Under the pieces are notes generated by a model, which made no database searches, was not told where the DNA came from, and saw nothing but the letters and a program-made list of their open reading frames with translations. Positions 1 through 13,774 of a DNA stretch of 64,000 nt are shown here, one piece after another. Positions within the stretch are counted from its first letter, which is position 1; the number at the start of each line of letters is the position of its first letter. Position numbers and translations under genes: made by a program. Origin of the DNA: Lingula anatina (lineage: Eukaryota; Animalia; Brachiopoda); the NCBI GenBank assembly GCA_051362555.1, contig CM120648.1, forward strand, positions 5,700,587-5,764,586, in the 5' to 3' direction.

Positions 1-2074
1 CGTACATGTAGCATCTTTTTCACTTGAAGTGTTATCAATGCAGTTTATCCGCCATTAATGGTCAACTTGATGTCATCCGTGTAACATCTATCAGCGGAAT
101 AACTAGTGATTATGACATTCAGCTAGTGACACGTATAGTATTTTAATGATACTTGAAATGCGTACTTTAAGCATCACCCTGATATCAGGGTACCTTTGCA
201 CGGTTCACACACATGTACCCTAGAAGTACATGTATCTTCGTTCACTGTAAAAAGAACATTTCGAAACACAGTGCCGTGGATAAATTATTTGTAAGTTTGT
301 TCATTGTGAAGCTAGCTGTGACCCATGGGAAAAAGAAGCAAGGTGGAAATCAGCATTGGCAGTTCTTCCTATCGACAACAAATTCCATTTAATGGCTAAA
401 TACTTCATATTTCAACTTATTCCCCCAACGACCTCAACACATGAAAGCAAACTAAATCAAACGGTCGTTTCAAAAAGCGTGGAATATGCGTTAATGGCAA
501 GAGAGTATGGCTTTGAAAACGGATCAAATTCAGTTAAATTGGTTCTTCATTGTCTCTTGTATAAGGACACGTGGTTTTTAAATCATCCTTAAGAAAGGTA
601 ATCGTTTGTAAAAGACTAAACGTGTTTCAACTACGAGGCATTGCGTTTCGGCACTTCATCAAATGGCCTTGGTCACAGAAGGACAAAGCCCTTTGATTAA
701 GGGTAGAAAAGTTACGCCTCGTAGGTATAAAAAAACGTGTTTGTTCTCTATATAAACGACTTACCGTTTTACCATAAGTCAAATCATCCTTTGTACAATG
801 TAATATAAGAAAGCGCAAAATCCCCTAGAGAAAGTGATTTATTTTAGGAATTTATTGTACCCTTTATATGCAGACCCAAATTATACCACGGAAATAAAAC
901 ATTACCATGGAAACGGGCGAAAATCGAAATACAAAATGGTGGATTTTGTAGGTTTATTGTACTCCTGATCACAAAATGGGAAGATATTTTTACTAAAATA
1001 ATCACCATAAGCGATGTTTTAGATAATTTTGTCAGTCATCTTAAGAACTAATTCAGAATTTGCGGCCGCCAATTTCGGCCTTTGCCGCTCGCCCAATAAG
1101 ACATCTGAGTTTCAGGATATAAAGGATATAAAATCAACCAACTGTGAACACCATATGATAACGTAGTCATCCGACTTGTAGTTTAATCTTAATAGGATTG
1201 TAATTGCAAATGAACAAGTTTATTTCAAACCATTAAGATTCAACGGTGGATATGTCAACCAAAACGCGTGCCCTAGTGACTCAATACTTGTGGTTGAACG
1301 TACACAGGAAACATTATTGTAGAAATTCACCTTTTTAAGTATATTTGAAGTTAATGGATAAAGAGGACGATAATGAAGAAATAAGCCTCACATCATACTA
1401 ACCCTTAACACCATACTAACCACAACCTTATATACCTGTACCATGTCCTTAAATTTCATTTAAAGGCAATACCTCTTGAGCTGTAAAAATAGGATGCAAA
1501 TGAACTGGCATTAAGGCTGATGCTTAATCAAAATGACATTGTCCAAAATACGCTTTGTCAACATTAGGTAATTGACATTTTGTTGGATGATGGCCCTCTT
1601 TCCGGTAGTGTTTTCGTAAACTAAAAAAATGAACATTTTGAACAATCTACCAGGGTGTATCTTGATTAATAAAAAATAAGGACAATCCTTCAATAAATTT
1701 GGGATTGTCAACCAACTGATTTCAAACCGACGATTACAACATTCCAGGTCTGTTAGACAGCCGAATTAGTCATAATATTAGAAGAGACAGTTAATGTAAA
1801 TCAAAGACAATTTATGTCCGAAGCTTTGGAATGTGGACCCCTTGCAGAGAGCGGATGGCGCAGTTATACTTGACAAAAGGGACTGAGGTCAATTTGAGGG
1901 TACGCGTAGAACAACTCCATTACATTTCTTTCAGGCCATAGATTTATACATAGCATCAGATAGTACACTGTACAAAAATGATGAAGAATTGTATTATATA
2001 TGACATATCAGTATAACTGAATTAACATCTAAATCAGGTAAAATAAAGCATTTATCAAAACATCTGCCACGTAC

Positions 2075-2922
2075 CTTCTGAGAAACTCTCTATGCCAGGG
2101 AAGGAACGCCGGGCCTTGGTGGTTGGCCGGGGCGTTACAACTGAGATGTAGACGCGTAAAGATATCGTACTGACTGATACCTTCGATGTAAATGGTCTTC
2201 ATTTTGTGCAGGGCGGCGTGGAACCTCTTTCTCTCTGAGTCTGTCAACAGGCGGTATTCTTTCCTCGTGGCCCGCGGGAGATCGTAAGGAGGGTACGGCG
2301 TGGCGCCGCGTCTCGGTCGAGATTTCGAAGACGGGCCAATTTTAGCCCTTCCTAGTGATTCTATCCATTCACGTGCAGATTTCGAAAGTTCGGCAAAAGG
2401 TGGGAGTTTTTCAGGTTTGGTAGAGTTTTTATTTGCGTCTTTAAAGATAAATTCCTTTGCGTCGTCACCTGATCCTTCCTCATCTTCAGAGCCATCCTCG
2501 TTGCTGATGTTCACTGGCCCTTTACTTTTGCTTTCTTTGGCCTTTGGCTTGCGTGCCTGTCTACGTTCTCGTTCGTGGCTCTCAGTTTCAGTTTCGTTTT
2601 TGTCATCAGACCCGTCCCCATACAACCAAGTATCATTCTTATCGTCAAGATGAGGATCTATTTTAAACCATAACTTCTGTAGTCTCTTGAGGCAGAAATT
2701 ATCCCGTTCTTTATCAGAATAATCCAGCAATGACTCTTCCTTGTCGATTTCTTCTTTGCAGGCGAAATACTCTCCTAATTCGGGTATGGCCGATTTACGG
2801 ACAGGTTTCACGAGATCCTTTGGGTTCGTAGGCTCTTCTTCTTTGGCTTTAACTCCACAGCTTTCGGAAATGAGCAAGGAAACAGCCACGAGAGACAAAA
2901 CCGTGAATCGGTACTGTCTCAT
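2075..2922 (-). CDS. Tyrosinase-like (type-3 copper) secreted protein, first coding exon; downstream exons not identified in the window
   Basis: ATG at 2922 gives MRQYRFTVLSLVAVSLLISESCG, a signal-peptide-like start. A charged low-complexity region follows, then RKEYRLLTDSERKRFHAAL...YDIFTRLH...ANHQGPAFLPWHREFL, the CuA motif of tyrosinases. A splice donor AG|GTACGT follows at 2075/2074. Confidence 0.9.
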
Positions 2923-5900
2923 CGTCTTTTTCGTTGTCTTTAACACATGGGCGGGAAAGCACGTACGAAGAAAGCGCCAAATCTTTGTAAGTCAGCTGGT
3001 GAGATTCAGACTATTGAGCAAAAGCAGCGACGGCAAACCAAACGCGCAGTCGCACTAAAAATAAACGCCGTCGCAGCTAAAATAAACAACAGCCAGCGCC
3101 TTCAGATTTATGGTTTGAAAAGCGTCTAGGTGTCACAGTTATCGTCCTTAAATGAGACCCGAAAGGTACCGCCGACGTGAGTTGATTTCCATATGGTCCT
3201 CACAGCTGTGGTATCTGTAACACGCAACCAACCTCAGCCCTGAGTCAGATTTAGGCGTAAAATAAAGCGGCATTTAAAATGTCCCAATCTGACTAATTCC
3301 CCTGGTTAATGACTAGAGATCCATGCACTGAGGACGTGTGTTCTAATGGGAGTTTTAATCTGTGGTTTATTTAGGTACACCTTTCAGTGAGGATGGCAAC
3401 TGGAAATTTACCTTGCGACGTTTGGCATTTATTGAAAAACCCGTTAGATACGGTGGATGAAAAAAGCCAATAAAGTAAAAACCATTTTGTCTGTGACACT
3501 CACATTACAGAAGCTATTCTTCATTCGTAACGAAAAACGAAACATTAGACAAGATTTCAAATGGTAATGTGTTTATCTTTTGCAGCGTACAAGATCGGTG
3601 ATTACTTTTACCGTTTCTGAACAGCTCACCAGTTCTCCACAGACAACAGAAAAGTAACATCGTTGTTTTAATAAATGCAGCGATAAACAAATTTAAAACA
3701 TTTTGTAAATAGCTGGGTGAAATACAAACCGTGGTATTATAAATGTGGATGTATAGATAATGATTGAAGGACCTTTTACAATTAAGCAATTTGCTCTCAG
3801 GGTATATCCATCATCATCGAGGCGCTCCGTGTAGATAGAAATATACATATTTGAAGAAATCGTGGTGAATAAGGTACACTGCGTTTAACTACTCACACCT
3901 GTTCGTTTTAAATATTAAATATAGACCTACTAGTACTACACTCATGGAAAGCTTCATACCATTTCACTCCATTAAAGCTATCACAATTTGCCAGAAAGGA
4001 TTCTGCGGAAATCGATCAGTCTAAACTTTCTATTGATCACAATGACGGGTGATGTAGGTGAGGGTTCCCGTTGGTAGCCTCAATCACAAACACGTTAATT
4101 AAGACATAAAAAAGTGGCGAGGATCACCCTGAGTTCTACAGCATAGATTTGTAGCACTGCTCTCCAATTGAGCGGTGACATAACGCGTGTGCTGGATAGA
4201 GGTCATGGATATCATCCGGGACTTTGCACAAAGTCTCGCGACTTAACGTAAAATCCAGCGAATATTCGCGGGATTTGGAAGAGTCTTTAGTCAAAATTAC
4301 TGCAGACTTGCGCATGCGGTGAAGCAATAATTAAAGGTAGACAGTTTTTATCCATGGATATCTGTAGAAATGCAAACGGTACAATTTTACCATTTTTTTT
4401 GCATTGCAATTGCTTTTTTAAACTAAAGCATCTGGCGCTTAGAGTTTCACTCTAAACAGTTAGAGTTCAACAACGCCTTAAACGGATTTTCGCATTTTTA
4501 AAGTCTCGTTTGACGTCAAAAGTGCCGACGCCTTCGTTTAAGGCTATCTCATTAGGCACCTTGTGACCTATGACTCTCAGGGTAAGAGGTATCATTTATG
4601 TAGCATAATTCTTAAAAATAGCAGGTATTTGTAAATGGGATATTTTCAATGAGTAAAAGAGGTTTTTGAGAAAAAATTTCACTCTAAATTACCAGGAAGT
4701 ATATCCCCCTTTTTTTTAGAAAGTCAAGGCTAAATTTATAGGTGGTACATGCATTCCTTAGCTTAACCTCATGAATTTAATCTCTTTTTGAAAATATGAA
4801 GCAAAGTGTGATAGATATTTAGGTGTGGGAGAAATTTTCAAAGAAAGCAGCAGCTGCTATGCAATTTTAATTTGAAATTGTCACAAATTATTACCATCTT
4901 CGTAGGAATTGATGTCCATGGACTTATATGAATAATGGTACCACACAGAGAGTGGGCCCTATGATTACTCTTAAATACATTAGTGCAAAATATGCTATTG
5001 ATATTATTTATGCCAACAAAGAAATGGGTTTTGCGGGAAATATTTATCGCGAAAGAATTATTTCATTTGATTTTAAATCCTCACCTTGCATTTTAATCAC
5101 TCTTTTGTTAATATTTCACTCGCTCTTTACCTAATGGCTCGTATTCGTTGTTAAAATGAGTGCGAAATGCCCCATTTGTATAATGAGGGACGCATTAAGA
5201 CCGGATGGGACATAACATTAAATATGGTTCAGGTACGAGACGCGTGCAGACATCTTTTCTTTGCAAACTGTGAAAATCCATTTCAGGTCTAAAACGCGTC
5301 AACCGAGGCAGGTCCGTCGAATGAGTTGCAAAGGCCCGCTATTATGGGCGAAAAAGGTCCCCTCCTAATCAAAATTTAAACAGAGTGTATGTTATTTCTT
5401 AAACTGGGTCAACTAAGGGTATGAAGTAGTCACATTTTGCAGAAATGAAAAAAAAAATCCCCTCTTTGAAATTGCTGGCTACAGGTCTCTTAGGGTCATT
5501 TTTAATCAGCAGAAATACTAGTAAGTGCGTCCGAGGCGGAAATGACGGAAATATGGCGCCACTGCAGAGAGAAGGCGTTCAAACCTGGTGACGCGTTTTA
5601 AACTCATTTCTCTTTAAGTCATAAAGTATTTGAACGCGACTTCAAAACAAGTGGCCGGAACCAAGTTAATTAAAAAATTGTACAAGTATCATTGGTGAAG
5701 AACGAACCAGTGTATTGGAACATAGCACTTATTGCGTCTGTTTGTTAAGATTCAGAAAGAAAATATTAAATCACATTTATATATAATGTTGGTACATGTA
5801 AAAACAAAGGATATCGTAGTCCATATAGAATCCTAAAGAATTCTTATAGTTAGTTTTCTTGAGAGAAGTTTGTTGGATTATGTCTGTAATTTGCCGCACC

Positions 5901-6431
5901 AGGAATTCTAGAACGTTCTATATACCGTATTTTTCTTTTTCTTTTTGAATTAAAAATAAATTACGTACACAATCATTGTACAGTGATTAATTTGACACAC
6001 TGGTAACTGAAAATGGGAGCAGCTAGGGGTTGGTGGAGGTTTACAAGGTGTGTTAAGGTCTACCAACATGTAGGAGTTTGCATTATTCAAGTCACCTGTG
6101 AAATTGAAACCTTATTTAACATACGTATAAATAACGTGGTTTTTTTCTGGTGATGACGTCAAAGATCAGTAACCCAAGGGCCTCGGAAGAAATATGGAGA
6201 AAGGCAGAATTTAGGAAGGTTTTGTATTTTTCGTACAAATTGGACCAGTGACGAGAAACGAAACTACACATACAAATACACGGACGTTCGTGCCCTACTA
6301 GAAAAAGATCAACTCATGATCGCTTTGGTTGCCAGTATGGCCCTGGGACGTCTTTTAAAAGCAGGAAAGACATAAAGAATCGGAAAAAAAACATTAACAA
6401 CATTTATTGTTTGAATAATACCATGTAGTAT

Positions 6432-8077
6432 CAGTGTATGAAATTCAAGGAAATTACTAGCCAGACCGCCGGGCAGGTAACTCTGAAAAGTTACCAGCCT
6501 GGCCATGTAGTTACCTGCCCTAGTTATGATAACCCCTAGAGTTAAGAGAGGTATGCTGAGGGGGTCTAGAATGCATTCTGGGGAGAGTAATTTGGAAATG
6601 AAAGGGCAATATCATGCCTTATGCATGGAAATTTAGAAATTGGTTGGAATTTCTACTGAATGATACCTTGTCAGTGTTGGATTTAGAGGGGGTCAGGGGG
6701 CTCCTGACGCCCCCTTTTAATTTCTGTAAAAAAGCCTCACCTCTTGAAATAAGACTTTCACTAGTTGAATCATAGTTCTAAACCATACCAAATGGCACCA
6801 TTCACCATCCTTTAGCGGGCGGGGGAGGGCGGGGTAGTCAATTCAGTTTATGTTCACCTTGCAGGCTAACTCATTTCTTCTTCAATAATTTATTCATAAC
6901 TTTTATTCCGATTTCGTGATATCATTTGATCATAATTTTTGCTTTTCTGTATAGCAACAAGTATGTATGACCAAATATATATATTTTTGTCAAATAAATC
7001 AATCTCTGTGCTTGCAATAAAGAAGAAAGAATTTAGCACGTAGGGTCCCTTTGAATATCGCTTTTAAGCTTTAAAAAGTGGTCGGGAACGGTCCTGCACG
7101 CTAATGGCCCATAGACAGGAAATATCTCGAAAGCATTGCTTATTGAGAATAGCTATATATATATCACATAGAGGCTACAATATATTATATGGGGCGAGTA
7201 TGGGCGAGTTATTGGATCGAGATGCTTGCGCTCGGTTGCAATGCGTGATACTTTCGAGTTACGGTTTTACAAAAAATGTTGCCGCTCGACTAATTGCAAA
7301 TCGAAGTCACCTTTCCATGGGTCCCAATTTGTTCTCTTTCGTTTGGTTCTGTCGTAATCTTTATTATTTTTATTTCTTTCCTCAATTGTTTTTCTTTTGT
7401 GGACTTCTCTATCAGACTTGATAGAATTTTTTCATTTTTGACAGCTCAAGATGAAAGCACGTGGGAAAAGAACTACATCTGACGCACGGTGTAAACTCGT
7501 ACGTTCACTCATAATTTTGGGATTCAAATTTTTTGTAAAATTCTCCTTTAATTTGCCTCCGTTGCCTTTTTTACTGTAGATTATAAGCACGTGCTTCATG
7601 TACCTATAAGTCTATTTAATCAATATCATAATTTTTTTATACTTTCACATTTTTTTTACTCTCAACCTACAAATTGCTACTCGCGGTATCTCCTCTACAC
7701 AAAACAATGACATAACGTTATCTGCTGTTATGAAGCTGGTTAAGAACAATGTGCCTCGTTTCAAATTGTCTTTCAACTTCATATCACACAGACGGAACTT
7801 CGAAAACGAGGCCACTGAGAGGGAGACTGTTGGTTACATTTCGAGACGAGCATTCGATTGCAAGCTATGGTTAGTTCTTTGCTTCTATGAAAGTGGGTGA
7901 AAACAGTGAGTTTATTTGATATTTTGCTGAAATCGCTTGTGAACATAGACAAAATAAAAGGTGAAAATAGGCTGTAAAAATAGCCAGCCCGTCGGGCGGG
8001 TAATTTGCAAATCTTACCCGCCCGGCCTGAAAGTTACCAGCCTCGGGCTGGCGGGCAGGCGGCCATTTCATACACTG
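6432..8077. mobile_element. Non-autonomous hAT-like DNA transposon
   Basis: 13-bp TIRs CAGTGTATGAAAT (6432) and ATTTCATACACTG (8077). Flanking direct repeat GTAGTAT at 6425-6431 and 8078-8084. Shared subterminal motifs (TAGCCAG.CCG.CGGGC.GGTAA, AAAGTTACCAGCCT) occur at both ends. Confidence 0.7.
7122..7265 (+). mobile_element. Degenerate copy of the GGGCCCCGTATCTCG MITE family, nested in the hAT-like element
   Basis: Aligns by eye to the copies at 46410, 59365 and 59808 (atctcgaaagcat...atcacatagaggctaca...tatgggcgagtta...ctttcgagttacgg). Confidence 0.65.
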
Positions 8078-8694
8078 GTAGTATATTTTAGATCAAAAGG
8101 ACTTTATCAAAATGCGTTGTCATCAATTAAGGAATAATAATAAGAATAGTCATTGACCATACAATGTACATGGCTAGTTAAATTTGCTTAATGCGCCATT
8201 AGTTTCTTACTCGTCTTTCATTCTATGCATGAGTTTTTTCGCGGTCTCTAGATAGGCTTATAAAACAGAATTATCCTTTACTTAAAGACTAGATAACACA
8301 AGTAAAACAGGACGATTCAGTCCACCACCACCTTGGTCACGTGAAAGGTGATTTTGCACCTTTGCTCTCCTCAGGGAATTATATCGGGTTCTCTGCTCTC
8401 CTGAAAAGCCATATTCAATAATACGACGTTGGAATACAGAGTTAACATGCAAAGTGATTGCAAAATACACAATTTGCTGTGGATAAAGCAACTTTACAGT
8501 ACTAGTAGTGTTCACTGTGCTGCAATTTTCGTGCACTTGTACTGGTATACCTAATACTAGGTTGTTTGTTTTTGACATCATTGAAAATTGAATAAGAAGT
8601 GCATATAGTGGAATGTGTGGAGATGACATCCCAGTCTCCTTCATCGCATCGGAGTCAGCAACTGAGAGGCAAACCTTCTTCTCGTGCGAGGATC

Positions 8695-8833
8695 TCATTT
8701 ACATTGCGGGTCTTGTTTTGTTAGTTGGGCCTGTCTTGGGGGCACTGGTTGCCTAGGTGGCGGTATCTTTGTCAACACAACGTCAACACCCAAGAACTTC
8801 AGCGCGTGCAGCATGGTCTCCCCTGGAAGCACA
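8695..8833 (-). CDS. Alternative terminal exon (6b) of the SDR gene
   Basis: Pyrimidine-rich acceptor ttattttcttatttcag. Phase 2 matches the exon 5 donor. Encodes (S)VLPGETMLHALKFLGVDVVLTKIPPPRQPVPPRQAQLTKQDPQCK*, homologous to exon 6a (S)MLPAVTIYSVLQFTGVD. Confidence 0.75.
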
Positions 8834-9430
8834 CTGAAATAAGAAAATAAAATCAAACCGATGTATCATGACACAGATAATGGCATCACCCTGCTAGCCA
8901 TTGCTTCCTGATAACTCTCTCCAGTGAAACCATATGTCCCCCCCCCCCCCCCCAATTTATTAGTGCATAGATTTAAAAGACATTTAAGTTACCACTCAGA
9001 ACCTCCGGCTGTCATATACCAAGGGGATAAGGCTAGTCACTACATGTGTGTACCCTGCATTTATATGCCTTAAAATAAAACAAAGTACTGCATTCCGAGC
9101 ACGTTTATTTACAGTGCTACTAGTAGCTCAAAGCATGCTGAAAATGTTGCCATTCCCCAGCCAATATTTTTTTAGAAAATTCCCCTATGCAGAATCACAA
9201 ATCAATCAAAACTGTAACCTTTTCTGATTTTCTTTTCTAGCAGATACACTGTACAATTACCTGATGTCGTCCTTCCATATGTATCACAATCATTACCATT
9301 AAAATAGACAAATTAACAAATGTAATTGAATATTATATCTGATCTTCTATGATGACTAATGAAGTAATTAAAAAACAATAACCAATTAATTTGATTGCAG
9401 ATAACAGAAAGCAGAGTAAGAGACTTTGTA

Positions 9431-11750
9431 AACTAGAGGATCAGAGAGGCGATACCGCCTCCGGATATTGTACCACCAGCTGGAGTAAGCGCATTCGTAT
9501 GGACCCCCCCCCCCCTCCAAAAAGGGACACCATCACCAGTCTTGTGCTTGACAAGCTCTATAAGATGCAATCAATAAGAGTTCTCAAAATATGCAAAAAA
9601 ATATAACTAAAAATGGTACAATCAAGCAGATTTTCGAATTGACTTGCATTTTCCTACCCTTGATCACTCCTGTATTCTCTAGACAAAAGGCCTATTGGTT
9701 TTCCTTGAAAAGTGTTGTCAATGGTGCATATATGCTGACAAAAGAGAAAACCTAGGGGCAACAAGGGGCACATCTCTGCTAGTTTTAAAGATATGAGAGG
9801 CAAGAAAATATGCAAAGCTCAGTTCATGGTGAAAAAGTAGGTCAAAGGTCAATTTCAACATCATAGTATATGAATTTCTATTCAAGTTCAATAGCAACCA
9901 TGGGCATTTCTTTGCCAATTTTGCAGATTTAAAGGCCTGAAAACATGCAAAAAGCAGTTCATCATAAAAAGTAGGTCAAAGGTCAATTTCAAGGTCACAG
10001 ATTGCTAGTGTATTACTTCCTATTCAAGTTCAATAGTAACTATGGACCTATCTCTGTCAGTTTTGGAGATAAAGGAGAAAGAAAATTTGCAAAGTTCAGT
10101 TCATAGTAAAAAGACGGTCAAAGGTCAATTTTAAGGTCACAGTAAATTGCCAGTATATGACTTACTACTTAAGTTCAATAGTAACTATTGACCTATATCT
10201 GCCAGTTTTAATGATAAAACGGAAAGAAAATTTGCAAAGTTCAATTCATGATGAAAAGTAGGTCAAAGGTCAATTTCAAGGTCACACTTAGATTGCCAGT
10301 ATATGACTTCCTATTCAAGTTCAATAGTAACTATGGACCTATCTCTGCTAGTTTTGGAGATAAAAGGGAATGAAAATTTGCAAAGTTCAGTTCATGGTGA
10401 AAAGTAGGTCAAAGGTCAATTTAAAGGTCACAGTAAATTGCCTCTAATGACTTTCTATTTAAATTCAATAGTAACTATGGGCGTATCTTTGCCAGTTTTG
10501 GAGATAAAAGGGAACAAAAATTTGCAAATTTCAGTTCATGGTAAAAAGTAGGTCAAAGGTCAAATTTAAGGTCACAGAAAATTGCCAGTATATGACTTCC
10601 TATTCAAGTTCAATAGTAACTATGAACCTATCTCTGCCAGTTTTGGCGATAAAAGGGAACGAAAATTTGCAAAGTTCAGTTCATGGTGAAAAGTAGGTCA
10701 AAGGTCAATTTAAAGGTCACAGTAAATTGCCTCTAATGACTTTCTATTCAAATTCAATAGTAACTATGGGCGTATCTTTGCCAGTTTTGGAGATAAAAGG
10801 GAACGAAAATTTGCAAAGTTCAAATCATGGTGAAAAGTAGGTCAAATGTCAATTTTATGGTCACTGTTAAATTGCCAGTATGTGACTTCCTATTCAACTT
10901 TAATAGTAACTATTGACCTATCTCTGCCAGTTTTGGAGATATAATGTTACAATTCTGAGTTACAATAATGTGCCACCACAATGTACTTTTTAATACAGCA
11001 TAACACCAAAACCGTATGAAATACAAAAAAACGGAGACCACATGCAATGTTGGGCTTTACATGCTCTACAAAATGCAAAAAAGAATGGGTCGCTAGCATT
11101 AACGGTTCCTGAATTAGAGACAGTCTTCAGTTTCGGTATCTTATGGCCGTTTCTCCCGTGAAAATGCACCGATTGACCCCAAATTCACGGAGATGAAAGA
11201 TGACCCAAAGGGTAACACTTTCCAATAATATTATTGGTTAAGTCTGTGTAGTGTCTGAATAACAGCGCAAATAATATTTTTTTTGTAAAAAATTTCATTT
11301 TTTTGAAAATTTTGGCCCGTTTGACCTTGCAATAAAGGTCAAAGGTCAAATCCAAGGGCATATTTGAAATCTACACATGACTTTTGGAAAGCTATCTGTA
11401 GAAATTTTTCCCATAATTCCTTCCGTAGGGTAGATAATTGGCATTGAATTTTCAAAAATTTTGACAAGGGTGCATTTCAACGAGCGTCACGCCCAGGTTA
11501 ATGCACCGACTGAGACAAAAAAACCTGGGGGTTCAAGTTGAGGTTATATGTGACCTAAATCCAAGAGATGGGGACAGGGGTCCTTGCGGTCTAGGAGGAG
11601 AAGCGGTAACGGTGACTTGTATCCGGCGCCAGTACGCGGAGCCGGCGGAGCTTACGGAGCCGGCGGAGCCAATGGAGCCGGCGGAGCCGGACGAGACGGG
11701 TCGGGACTAAAACCATGAGTACCGCCAGCGTACACGCTGGTGGTACTAAT
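9431..11750. mobile_element. Helentron/HINE-like non-autonomous rolling-circle element
   Basis: One end has AACTAG, the hairpin GAGGCG-ATAC-CGCCTC (9446-9461) and sub-TIR GTACCACCAGC (9470-9480). The other end has the palindrome AGTACCGCCAGCG-TACA-CGCTGGTGGTACT (11718-11747), which contains the inverted sub-TIR. An internal tandem array is present. Confidence 0.7.
9805..10940. repeat. Tandem array of ~140-bp units (AAAAGTAGGTCAAAGGTCAATTT.AAGGTCAC...CTATTCAAGTTCAATAGTAACTATG), about 8 copies
   Basis: The core recurs near 9835, 9968, 10110, 10255, 10400, 10545, 10688 and 10833. Confidence 0.9.
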
Positions 11751-11802
11751 TAATTGATTAATGAATTACCAAGCAAGCCAAAGCAATTGCTGGGATTGGG
11801 TT

Positions 11803-13357
11803 TTAATCGTGTGCTTTGATACTGGCAAAGAAACTGTCCACACCAGTAAACTGCAGCACAGAGTAGATGGTTACTGCGGGAAGCATGCTGAAAGTAATTT
11901 AAGTTTCATTCATTAGTTTCCCTTTGTTGGAATTTTATGAAATTGCAATTAACCTCTACTCCAAGCTAGTGCTGAAAATAGTAATATTTATTTAACTTTG
12001 TCTCAATTAAAAATTCAAATCAATTGCTTTTAATCACTGTCATGTACCTGTATTGTAAATTCATATTTTTTCAAACAAAAATGCAAAGCCAATTATGCAA
12101 TGTAAAATTAATAATTAAAGTGAATAAATTATTCAACTAAAAAAGGCCAAATTCACCTTCTAGCCACCCAAGTTAAATACTGCAACAAAGGAAGTATAAT
12201 CATTCCTTTATTCTTCAATATGGCATCCACTGTTTCCATAGCAACATGATCTTCTTCCAGTGGAGGAAACAAATTAGGGAACCTGACGAAGAAATGACAT
12301 ATTTATATAATATGTTACCAGTGTTACCTGATTAAACAAAGGTGAAACAAATTCAAAAGACCAAGTTTACTTGTTAGTAAATAATTATCTTTAATTCATC
12401 AAATATAACCACAATGAATAGATCTGAATTCAGAAATGTGTATAATGGTGACCAAATGCAGCAAGTTTTTTGACATTCCATTTGTCTGAGCTAAAAGAGT
12501 TCTGTGTTTAAATATCTCTGTATTTTTCACATCTTCCAACAATGGTTTCTTGAAGATACAATCATGTCATGTATACATCATATCATACTAGTACTTCAGT
12601 AATTTTTTTGCACTGAAAAATAAAATCTAATCAGACCTAGTTAAGGATCATAAGAAGAATAGGATTTAAGAAATGGCTTTGTGGCCTTTGGACCAGGTAT
12701 TACGGGAACACCCTAGTTAGAAAACTGACAAGAAAAATTTGCATAAACATGTAGATTGGAAATATATTAAATAGAAAAAAATTCTGAACAATTTTCCAAC
12801 CCAGTGCCTTCAAACTACCTTGTCTCACATCCTTCAAACATCCTATTTCTGACCATATATGGATGTATGGTGGTTACATGGACACCTGCCACGCCCTTTT
12901 CATGTAGCTCCTCCCTCAGTGCCTCCATCATCCCAAGAGTGGCATGTTTGGAGGCGGAGTAATCCCCGCCCCTTGGGATGGTGGAGAACCCCAGACAAGA
13001 GTTGATGTTCACTACATGGCCATGATTGGTGCTGATCATTGCAGGCAGGAATGCTTTCATGGTCTGTGGGAAGAATTTAAGAGACAATGTAAGACATTCT
13101 CATCTACCGCAATCTTGTGAGTGTTCTCAATTGGTTGTTATGCTTGTAAGAAAAAATAATATTTATGGAAATGTAAAAGATGAAAAGAGAAGAAATGGTT
13201 GAATGGACTACTTGACAAGGGTTAATATTATTGGTTTCAGAATAATAAACCATTTTTTCTATAACTAAAAAACAGAAGTAATTTTTTTTTCTTAAACTTG
13301 ACCATTTAGACCAAAAGATATTTTATAAGTAAAACCGACTTTGTTAAAACATAAACT

Positions 13358-13390
<33 letters not shown>

Positions 13391-13731
13391 ACCCCCTGTA
13401 TTTCCTTACCCAACAATTTCCCAGTGTGTTGACCTGTACAGTCTTCTTGATATCCTCAAACTGGGCCTCCAGAACATGGCCCCCCTTCACTATCCCAGCA
13501 TTGTTCACTAAAATGGTGACTGGGCCATATTTCTCCTGGGTCTCTCTGGCCTAAAATACATTTAAATCTACAGGCACTGTATATAATGATAACTTGAAAA
13601 AAAAATCCTAGTATGCAAATGTGTATCTATATATTGTATTTTACATGTTGGTGCGCGCATGCGTGTGTGTGTGTGTGTGTGTGTGTTTTGCAGCCGTGAT
13701 GCTACCGGTATGTGCACATTTTTTCATCAAT

Positions 13732-13774
<43 letters not shown>

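Noticed and set aside
2300-3129. Plus-strand ORFs overlapping the tyrosinase exon
   Set aside because: They are antisense shadows of the real coding exon.
9805-10940. Regularly spaced repeats resembling a CRISPR array
   Set aside because: Whole units repeat with no unique spacers, the context is eukaryotic and there are no cas genes. It is a transposon-internal tandem array.
11501-11710. ORF with AEPAELTEPAEPMEP repeats
   Set aside because: It is a 9-bp minisatellite near the end of the Helentron-like element.
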